A stretch of DNA of 60,317 nucleotides, counting the filler, from Hausera hauseri (taxonomy: Eukaryota), in the NCBI GenBank assembly GCA_046269625.1. It is 10 parts of 10 records of this genome, joined end to end, with 100 filler letters (N's around TTAATTAATTAA, not from the genome) between each part and the next. Parts side by side here need not be neighbours in the genome. Positions count along the whole stretch, not along the records: positions 45,081 to 51,175 come from JBJURY010141538.1; positions 51,276 to 55,341 come from JBJURY010783868.1; positions 55,442 to 60,317 come from JBJURY010406256.1; 7 more parts are not named here. One strand, 5' to 3'. Positions within the stretch are counted from its first letter, which is position 1; every line of letters begins with the position of its first letter. Under the pieces are notes generated by a model, which made no database searches, was not told the origin of the DNA, and saw only the letters and a program-made list of their open reading frames with translations. Shown in pieces: positions 50,600-60,317 of the stretch. Both the position numbers and the translations under genes were made by a program.

Positions 50600-51175
50600 C
50601 ACGAAAAAACCAATGATCCCCTTAAATTTTGCTGAATGGTACAGGTTTAAAAATGCCACTGTTTGTTATCTTTGCCATGAGACCAGTTCACAATTTGTTA
50701 GAGATCACTCCCATGTTACAGGGAAATTCTTAGGCCCTGTTTGCAACAAATGTAACTTGGCTAGACAGATTAGATATAATTTACCAGTCTTGTTTCACAA
50801 TTTGCGTGGATATGACATGCATCATATCTTGAAACATGCATGAAGTAAATTCGGAAGTTGGGAATTAAATATTATCTCGCAAACTACAGAGAAGTTCCTA
50901 ACAATGAATGCAATAATCCGCTGTTCGGTTAAAAAGACAGTACATACTCGGTTTCTCGACTCGTTGCAGTTTCTACGGGCTTCACTGAAGACTATGACTT
51001 TTAACTTAGATAGTTATCTATTTACTTAGTCGGCTTTTCCATTTGAAATTATTAAGAAAAAAGGTATTTTTCCATATACTGCAGCCAAATCTTTCACGGA
51101 CTTGCAGTCTATTAAGGAGTTGCCACCGAGATGGGATGGAGTTAATGATACGGATTATGTGGAAGCACCATTGGT
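50600..51175 (+). pseudogene. Fragment of a second family of Polinton-type PolB (endonuclease VII-like domain and start of exonuclease domain)
   Basis: CYLC...VRDHSHVTGKFLGPVCNKCNL...LPVLFHNLRGYDMH, RFLDSLQFL.ASL, RKK(G)IFPY. Confidence 0.85.
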
Positions 51176-51589
51176 NNNNNNNNNNNNNNNNNNNNNNNNN
51201 NNNNNNNNNNNNNNNNNNNTTAATTAATTAANNNNNNNNNNNNNNNNNNNNNNNNNNNNNNNNNNNNNNNNNNNNTAAGTATAGTTTGGGATTTGCATTC
51301 GGATAAGCTATAATATTAATAGTCTGCGGCTTGTCTATCAAGTTGTTAAACTCTGTAATTAATGAATCCGTCCACTTAAGAGTCACGCTTTTTTGACAAG
51401 AACTGAAGAAAGCTAGTCGAGCAGTAAAATCTGAGCAATTCGGGACATAACAATGGAGCGCGCCAAGAAATCGGCGCAGGTCCGTGGTTGTCCTTGGTAG
51501 AGAAATATTCTTTATTTGATTTAGAATTTTGCCAGAAATAAGGTGAACAAGAAATTGTACAGACGGTTTGATGAAAGAGCATTTTTCCC

Positions 51590-52200
51590 AGTTTAGCTAA
51601 AGATTATTGACGTGCAAACGTTTTAAAACTATTTGGAGTTGATCAAGATGTAAGCTTTATCTTGATGAAACTATTAAAATATCATCGATATAAGGGCACA
51701 CAAAATGTAGTACAGCTACTACCATGTTTATGTGCCGTTGAAATGTTTGGGCAGAATTCCTGAAACTGAACGGCATGTAGCGATATTCGAAAAGTTCAAC
51801 GGGCGTGATTAACGCGGTTTTCGGAATATCTTTGGTTGTTATTGGAACTTGATGATAAGCTTTCTTAAGATCCAAGGTCGAGAATATTTTACATCGTGAA
51901 AGGTGATTAAATATATCTGTAAGTTCTGGGACAGGATAAGAATTGTGCTGCGTTATTAAGCTTAGCAAACGGTAATCTCCGCAGGAACGTATTGTGCCAT
52001 TCTTCTTTTGTACAATATGTATTGGCGAAGCCTATGGGGAAGTGGAACGTTGGATGATTCCGGAGCTTTCTAGTTCAAGAAATTCCTCTTCGGAGGCATT
52101 ACGTATTGTAAGTGAAATATCTCTTCTTCTGAGTTGAATTAGTCTGTTGTGAAAAGGAACTATATGATGTTCATTGACATGTTTTGGAATCACAGAACAG
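51590..52200 (-). mobile_element. pol: Gypsy RT fragment (CsRn1-like)
   Basis: FSTLDLKKAYHQVP, YMPFSFRNSAQTFQR, YIDDILI. Confidence 0.85.
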
Positions 52201-53169
52201 TTTTCTTCACAGTATTCACAGTTTCTTAGAATGAACTTTAGAGTTTATCTGGAATATTTGACGTTTCAGCTGCTATATATTATGATTGATCATTCTTTGA
52301 CTTACTGGTGCACTGATGTTATCTTGTTAATTCAATTGGTCTATTGTTCGGTCAGATTTCCTTAAGATTCCGTTTACTTATTATAGGCGGATTTGTTCTG
52401 AATGGTTGTTTCCTTCAATGAGACTGACGGGTCTTTTGAACACTTGATTTTTTAATTATATCGCTAATAAATTTCTCCTTAAGCAATTGAGTAGTGAATG
52501 AAAGTAAATTCCGACCTGGGATTTTGTAGTGCTTAAACCTACCCCCATTGAATACGGTTTGGTGCACTAAACATATGATTGATTCACATAAAGGAGGATT
52601 TTTGCATTATGGTTGGTCCAACTGTTTATTTCAACATAGATCGTCAAAATTGAGATGACCAAAACATTGAAAAACTTTCTATTTTTTAAAGATGGCAGTA
52701 AATATAGATCAAAAAAATTTTTACAATTAATGCAATGTTTTTACTCCGTTAAAACAAACAATGTCACACGAATGCCGGGCAAACCTGACAATTGTATGAT
52801 ATCCCCGATTTTTGCAGCTCCACTTATTTTGCAATTTCTGTTAAATTATAGGCCTGTTAAACGGTTCATTCCAGTAAATGTTGACAAAAAGAAAACGTGT
52901 CAAAAATGATTAGGAAACCCAACGGCAACAAAATTATTTTAGCACAAGATTGAATTAATTAAAATCCACTGTCTAGGTAATTCATAGCCACTGTTAACAA
53001 ATAGCTCCGAAAATCGGCTTGGTTAGATTGTTTATATTCGTCGAATTTTTATTGATACCAAAATTTTTATTTTTTTATTTTATTTTTTGACCCTATTCGA
53101 CCCTGTCAATATTTCCAAACCGAACTGCGTGATTGGAATGGAGCAGTGGGGTAATAGCGATCACGGCTA

Positions 53170-55341
53170 AAACCTTTGATGGAGGAATCAAAAACCCTGC
53201 CAGCAGCACCACCGATGCGATGCAACGCACCCGGCCGTGTCCGGTCAAAATGGGCCGCGCAGTAGCACAGCACGTGGGCACCACATCACCTTTGTGGCAA
53301 GGTTAAAACTATGAAAGAGCAAAATAGACAGAAACAAAATCGCCAAACGGAAAAATATCTGTATCAATTGGTCTTAGTGTGAACAAGACGTTGGGTGCCC
53401 TCTACTGATTTTTCCCTGCTATATGTGCTAAATGTGACTCAGCGTGTTTTGTCTGTATACGACGTGTTTGCTTGCAGAGTTTGAAGCTGGGAAAAATGTC
53501 GGATTTTTTTGTGGGTATTGATTTAGTTGAGGAAAGTGAAGGTTACAAAGGGTAGTTAGTAAAAGGTGAAGGTGAAAGAAAAGTGGAGATTTGAAAGATT
53601 GAGGATTTAGGGGAGATCCAGAAGTTGAGGAGGATTGAGGAAAGTTATGACGTGAAGCAGAATTAGAAGAATGCATGTTTGAAGAAGGTTGAAGATGTAA
53701 AGGAAACTGAGAATTTGGAAAAGGTTGAAGAGCAGAATCGAAAGAAGATTTGTCTTCAAGTGAAAGTGGTGTGTGGTTAGTTAAATTGGATAGTGGTGAA
53801 GTGGTGGCAAAGGAATCAAGAAAAGTACCACTAGAGTTGGCGTTGGTTTGTGTGTCTTCGGGAGAATCATCAGCGAAGAAGGTTGGTTTTAGATTTGTGA
53901 TGTGCACAGTTTGTTCATTACCACTTTTAAGAATGGTAGCTGTATGAGAGGATAAAGTAAAAGTTTGAATGGTCCCACGTATTGTAGTTGGAAGGATTGC
54001 GAAGCCAGACACACTTAGCGGTATACAAATCATTTGGTATATTTGATTTGTTATGAATTACTATTTTGCAAAATGAGTCTTTGTTTAGTGTAACAAAGTG
54101 ATTTGGAGCATTCCGAATGAGCTAGTCTGTTGGTGTATCATCCAGATCAGTTAACTTATAAAGTGCTCGAATCGGTGTTCCAAATAGTGCTTCGGCTGGT
54201 GCACAACCCGTGGTGGTGGATGGTGTGTTTCGCCAGCCACGTAGGACAAGTAGGAGAGCTGACCAGTTGCTGTGTGATTCAGTAAGGATTTTAAGTGAGG
54301 TCTTCATTGTGCGGTGAAATCTTTCTAGTAAACCGTTCGCTTGGAGATGATATGGAGAAGTGTGTATATGTTTGATCCCCAATCGATTGACTAAGGACTT
54401 AAAGAGATTTGACTCGAATTTTGGACCTTGGTCCGTGATTATGAAACGAGGGGAGCCAAATCTGCTGATCCACGTTTTGATGAAGACCTCATCGATAGTG
54501 TCTGTGTTAGTGGAACGTAGTGGGATGGCTTCTGGCTATGAAGAAGAACGGTCCATCATAGTGAGTATGAATTGATGACCGTTGTCTGGACGAAGAGGGC
54601 CGACTAGGTCTATATGAACGGATTCAAAACGTGACATACTGGGGAAGTGATATAATGGTGGCTTCAGATGCTTGAGAGTTTTGAATTTTTGGCATGCCAC
54701 GCATTCCTTAACCCACGCCTGTACGTCTGATCTCATGGACGGCCATATAACGCTACGTCGGAGAAGAAGAAAGGTTGATTTGGCACCCGGATGATGAAGA
54801 GAATGTATGTTTGAAAATGTAGTTTTCTGCAAAGATGAAGACAAAATTGGTTTTTGATTACCGGGTTTAGAAGTGTCATAGGCTAATCCGTCGATGATTT
54901 GGTGGCAAAGACTTAAGAATTTCCTGAGCTGGTACGTTTTGCAGAAGCACTGCCTGTGAGAATATGGGAGTGAGTCCAATGATGTTAACCGATCTCGACA
55001 AAAATCGTCAACCAAATTGTCAGTGCTTGAAATGTGTACCATTTTAAAATTGAATGTCGACAAGTACGATATGTGACGTTCTTGTCGAGGTGAAGGAATT
55101 TTCATATGCATGATGTGAATAAGAGGTTTGTGGTCAGTTTGGATCGTAAAAGACCTGGCAATTAACAAATGCGAGAAATGTTTCACGGATAATACTATAG
55201 CTAGGAGCTCTCTGTCGAACGTTGAGTAACGACTTTCTGGTTGTGTAAGTTTCCGAGTATATAATTCCAGAGGCTCGTTGACGCCATAAGAAATTTGGTG
55301 CAGTATTGCGCCGATTGCTGTGGTAGAGGCATCTGTGGTTA
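53170..55341 (-). mobile_element. pol: Decayed CsRn1-like Gypsy RNase H-integrase, 3' tail and LTR start (53285)
   Basis: TTDAS, STFDRELLA, TDHKPL, HSLHHPG...CVACQ, HIDLVGPL, YHLQANGLLERFHR; 3' UTR homologous to 27000-27130. Confidence 0.88.
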
Positions 55342-55531
55342 NNNNNNNNNNNNNNNNNNNNNNNNNNNNNNNNNNNNNNNNNNNNTTAATTAATTAANNN
55401 NNNNNNNNNNNNNNNNNNNNNNNNNNNNNNNNNNNNNNNNNCTTGGCCTTATCCTATATCCCACATTACTTGATCAAGAAGACAACACGATATTTCTATA
55501 CAACATTTATTAAACAAAAGAATAACAATAT

Positions 55532-58500
55532 CTACAATGCCACATATCCATGAGGTAGTGTGTGGATTCCATCGCTCAGGATCTGCCTCTTGTCGTCCAT
55601 CCAATCTAGGCTTTTCTTCTGTAAGGTAACAGTTTGGATGTTATGATCCCTAGATTGGATCCTTTTCATTTCCGATATAATGTAAGTCTGCTCCTGCAGA
55701 ACTGTCACATAGTCTTGAAAACTGATCTTTTGGCCAATGTAGCCCTTTGAACCCCTTTTGCTTGCTTTTTTATTTGACCACATACGTCTAGGGCATACAT
55801 TTTAGATCTGAGAGCCACAAATCTATATAGTATTGCCCCACTTACCTCGTCTTTGAATTTCCCAAGGACCTTTTTGTTGGCAACTGAATAGTTCGGATGA
55901 TCGTTCGGATAGTCCGAGGTATCCATATGCTCTGCCAACTGGGCAAAGTCCTCATAAATGTCGTCTGTATGGATCTGATAGATGAAACTATCAGTATCCA
56001 TATATATCAGCTGTATGGACTTGAACTTGGGGACCATGATATCGTAGTGGAAATGATACATCAGGGTCTTTGACAGGTCGAGGATTGCCATACCCACATA
56101 TATGGGCTTGTTGAACACCAAGGATGTTTTCAGCATATGGATGCTGACCAAGTTCTCAGCATATATGATGCTGCTGTGGAAGTTAGGCTCGGCAATATTC
56201 TTCTTTGCTCGCTTCCAGTCACATATCATTTCGATGTTGATCCTGTTGCGGATATTCTCCATCGTCTTTCCAAAGACCTAGTTGTTGTAAAGCTAGAACT
56301 GGTCCTTCTCATAATCGTTCTTGGCATTTGTCCGCAGCTTCGTATTGAGATCCATGTAGGGCTGCAGCCATATGGACTGGCTGAAATGCAGAGCTCTATG
56401 AATCTTTGTGATGTGGAGTCCATGTCTAACGGCCTGCTGGAGATTGATGTAGTAAACTACATACCTCTCCCTATTACCCAGATGGCAGAGCAGCTTTCTA
56501 TGCTTTCCATGAAGCCGAGGCCTGCTCTCAGGAAGGAAAGACAACTGTTGATGCCTTGCGTGGATGTAAGCAGGATATTCCACATCCACCTCCAGTATGT
56601 AGCCCGTATCTCCAGTGGGATCAAAGTCCAATATAGGGATGTCTTCAGGATTCTCGACCCATTTGAAGTTATCATACGGCAATGGGGCGCTCATTGCATA
56701 TCCATACAAGTTGTTGGAATCCAGGTATGAAATATATGAGAATTCCTTGGATGGATCATACTGGGCCACATACTTGTAATTTGCCTCACTATACCTGTGA
56801 ATGGCCTGGCATATTCCGCCTCTTATGCCTCTCTCGATCATAAGGATCATATAATAATCCTTAATGATCTGCAGTCTAATACCAGTATAACGCAGCATTG
56901 CTGCCCAACTCATCCTTGGAACCGTAAAGAAATGAGCCGTATCCAAGGCATGACTCTTTATTGTGACATGCCTGAAACCCTCAAAGACATCTGTCAGCAG
57001 CAGCACGTCGGTCTTGAGGTATATGTAGCTGTATTCCCTAATGTTCAGCATTGGAGTGCATGCCAGACATTCTAGTCATGCTGGTAGTCAGAATCACTTA
57101 TATCACAATCATTGAGGATAGTGTAAAAGCCTTCTTGTCCGGCAATGGGGTCTCATCCAGTGTTTCCCATGAGGTTATGTAGTCATAAGGAAACACGCCT
57201 TTCCTCTTGACGAGGTCAAATTCAGTGGGGAAGAACCGCTTCATCTCCTTAACTTCTTCTGCAGGGAGGTTCTTCGCTAAACTATCCAGTGACGGGCCCA
57301 TGAAGCGGAAGCTCTCTATGAATCGAAGTCTAATGCGGCCCACATGCTTGGTGAAAGTAATGTATTTTTTTCTTACTATTAAAAATGACATCAATATTCC
57401 CATCAATGTTGCCCAGTTCCCGAACAATGAAGTGGGAATCATAGCCACTGAGATTGTGGAACACTACAGGCACATATGTTCATGTTTTGCAACGTAGATT
57501 GCAGTTGTTGCATGCTGCTCCTCGATATGTGCCTGTAAAATGGCAATTATCCTTGACTTTATGATTCTGCTTGGTGAATGAATTTGAGCAAAAGTAACAT
57601 GTTGTTGCCCTACTCCATTCTTCAGCTTGTTTCCACGACATGCTCCGATTATCCTTATGCTTCTGAAGGATGTTTTCAAGCTTATGAGCCATATCTTCAA
57701 GTCGTTTCATGAACTGTGCTGCTGCTCCTGGACCCCTGAATAGAAATGGTTCACTGTCCAGTCCTTTGGCATACATGCAATACGATGGGAGTTCATGATA
57801 TTGGTATGCCGTTGTGCTGCTATGTTGAGGACTGGGAGTGCAGCTGTGAACTGGACGCAGGATCGCTTCAAAGTCGCAATAGATAACTGTTGAGACCTTG
57901 ATCTTCTCGAACTCCTTGAATTCAGTATAATCTTCCTTTGGAAATTCTGGCCTTACACAGTAATTGTTGCTGCATTACACCTTGTGCTCTGCAAGCTTGT
58001 CCACTGCTGAATCACCACTGAAATGAGATAGGCATCGCTTACATATTTCTATTTGTCCATGATGATTCGTAATTTGGGATCTGACAAGACGTTCAAAGTT
58101 CTTGATCCAAACATAATGTTTCTTTTCTCCATCGTCTAGTAGGAGCAGATCCCTATGATCTTCCAATTCAGAATCATATATCTGAAAGGGATAGAATTTA
58201 TCCTCCTCATCCAATCCAATGGTGTTGGTTGATATGTTGTTCATTCGACTGAACTTAATTTCCTCTAAGGATGGAAGGAATGTGATGCATTGGAAGTTAT
58301 AGTCGTGCTGCACATCCTTATATTTCCAAATTCGTGAAGCATTATGTTGATCAGGCACGAGTTTCGATAGAATGGCATACACGAAACACATGTTGTCATT
58401 ATTATGGACATTGACACATGCTTTTTTATTAGTGATCCAATCAGGGACTTGAATATATGAACTACCCCGCATGGAGGAGAATCTGTGCACATACACAAGC

Positions 58501-59511
58501 AATCTTTTGATGGTTGCCAGAGTCCATACGCTCTTCTTACTCTGGTTCTTATCAGCTTCACGGATCAGCTTCGCATGCTCTTCATGCAGCCATTCTACTA
58601 TATTGGTGGCTTCAAAAATGGGTCTATTTCTGGTCATGAAGGCCCTTTTGGACTCTTCGCCATCAACATTGACGTATGTGGCCTTAAGTTTCATATTAGA
58701 CTTAATGGTCTTGAGCTCAGCTATGTTGTCTTGAAGAATCCCCTCTGTTTCTTCCACTGTGTACTCCAGTAACTCCTTGATGATTGTTTGACCAGTTGCA
58801 TCAATGACATATTTGCGGCATTTCCTCTTTAATGCTGCAGCATCAACTGGCCTCTGTCTTTGACCCTTTGATGCAGCCGGTACGCCTGATGCGCGTTTTA
58901 GTCCTGCATCTGGCTGTACTGCAGGCTGTGATACTACAGGCTGTAGTACTACATGTCGTGGTACTGCAGGCTGTGCAACTGGCTATGTTTATTAAAAATG
59001 ATCTTCTTTGACTTTGATGCGAAGTCAGTCAAATGATGTTTGTGATCATCATAAAACGGTATGTATTCTCCATCACATACAGCCTCACATCCTGAGCAAA
59101 TATAATAAATTGTCCTGTTGACTTTGTGTCTATAATAGCTCCTCATGGTATTGTGACAATTCTGAGGGTTGAGTATTACACATGTGCAATACACATGAAT
59201 TGCATCTTTGATTTTCCTTTGGCACGAAAGTCGTTATTGGCATATTGGTACTGAATATTTGTTTTTTTGACTTGGTGAAAGAAATCAAGTGCTGTTTATG
59301 GACATTGTAAGTCTTAATAATTGGTTTGGCATACTACCTCACATGTAGGGCATATATAATACTGAACCATGTTGTAAATATAGCTAAAGTATTTCATCAC
59401 AATACTGTGGCAATTTTCAGGCTCATGAATTTGAACCAAGCATTCTCTGTAAGGTTTGCACATCTAAAAATCAACCAATTATTTGAGCAGCACAATTAAA
59501 AAATTCACCAT
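55532..59511 (-). pseudogene. Near-complete Polinton-type protein-primed PolB with endonuclease VII-like domain, paralogue of 11615-15446, disrupted
   Basis: GSSYIQVPDWITNKKACVNV, CYFC...VKDNCHFTGTYRGAACNNCNL, KGVFPYDY, RGIRGGI, YLDSNNLYGYAM, YMDTDS, DDKR...GIHTLPHG; AATAAA at 55506-55511(-). Confidence 0.92.
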
Positions 59512-59639
59512 TCGTTGAAGCGAATTAGGAAATAATGAAAAATATAGCTATATCACCATGTACTGCCCCTCTTATTGATCGGTTTTAATGCACTTTTGTT
59601 TTAATGAACCAATTAAATTAAATACATTGCGGCGCCAAA

Positions 59640-60200
59640 TTTAAGGTTTTCATATAAGGGGATTCGAATGGAGTGACTAGAGTCTTCGAATAATGCATGT
59701 TTGACCGAGTTTTCGAGTTCAAATAGCTAAATATTCGACTTGTAACCTCGAATTCGAATATTTGATGCCATATTCCAGTTCAACATACATGACTTCCTAT
59801 CCCGCTCCGCTATTAGATTTATTGATTTCCGTTTTACTGCGCTTTAAATGCAGATTTTGCTTAATTCGAAATATTGACTTTATATCTATATAGTACATTT
59901 TCATGGAATAATTTCTATGTATAAGGGGGTTTTCATATATGATGAATCGATTTCCTTTGTTAGATTTTTCGAACAGTTCAAACTTCGATATTCGAGCTCG
60001 AAAATATTCGAATTTCGATTATCTGAATTGAGATTGGTGATCGTCATAGTCGATTACCTATCTCTGCCCGCTAATTATAATATCGAATTTTGAGTGCTAG
60101 GGGCAAATAAAACCTACGGGAAGTCTGCCTCAGTTGCACTTTGGATCGATATTATTCGAAAACTAATCGATAAATTTAAATTCTGACTGCACATTCATAT
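59640..60200 (-). repeat. Degenerate repeat array homologous to 10230-11300, again upstream of PolB
   Basis: Reverse complement shares AATCAATAAATCTAATAG...GGATAGGAAGTCATGTATG...ATCAAATATTCGAA...AACTCGGTCAAACATGCATTATTCGAAG. Confidence 0.7.
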
Positions 60201-60317
60201 ACTGCACTATGATTGTGTTCGAATGCACCCGGTCACATGTCCTAGTCACCAATATTGGAAATATCGGAAATCCGATAATATTGATTTTTGCACACTTGCA
60301 CGTGTTTTTGCACTGCA

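Noticed and set aside
56137-56730. Long antisense ORFs over PolB, mariner and the retroelement (e.g. 56137-56730+, 14648-14995-, 8090-8497-, 40228-40737+)
   Set aside because: Shadow frames of genuine coding sequence on the opposite strand; no motifs.

Overview
AT-rich eukaryotic (probably invertebrate) repeat-rich DNA. It is not one locus: about ten contigs are joined by artificial ~100-nt linkers (N-run + TTAATTAATTAA + N-run), so adjacency across linkers means nothing. Contents: (1) 1-9805, a large decayed Ty3/Gypsy-type element with an atypical layout. In order it has a ubiquitin-like domain and AT-hook, a signal peptide with a chuvirus/gB-like class III fusion glycoprotein, then in-frame protease-RT-RNase H cut at a deletion scar with no integrase visible, an unknown ORF, an accessory gene encoding an inactivated REXO4/ISG20-like DEDDh exonuclease fold plus a RING finger, and a putative 3' LTR. 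(2) Three decayed Polinton-type protein-primed PolB genes with an endonuclease VII-like domain. (3) Several decayed CsRn1/Kabuki-like and other Gypsy fragments. (4) Decayed piggyBac and two hAT-type elements. (5) One intact full-length DD34D mariner. (6) A long, intronless, decayed ORF containing a TUT4/7-like terminal uridylyltransferase module, lying head-to-head with a Polinton-type PolB fragment. The two best candidates for new biology are the 'env-before-pol' retroelement and the TUTase beside PolB. All family assignments come from motif recognition by eye; no database searches were run.
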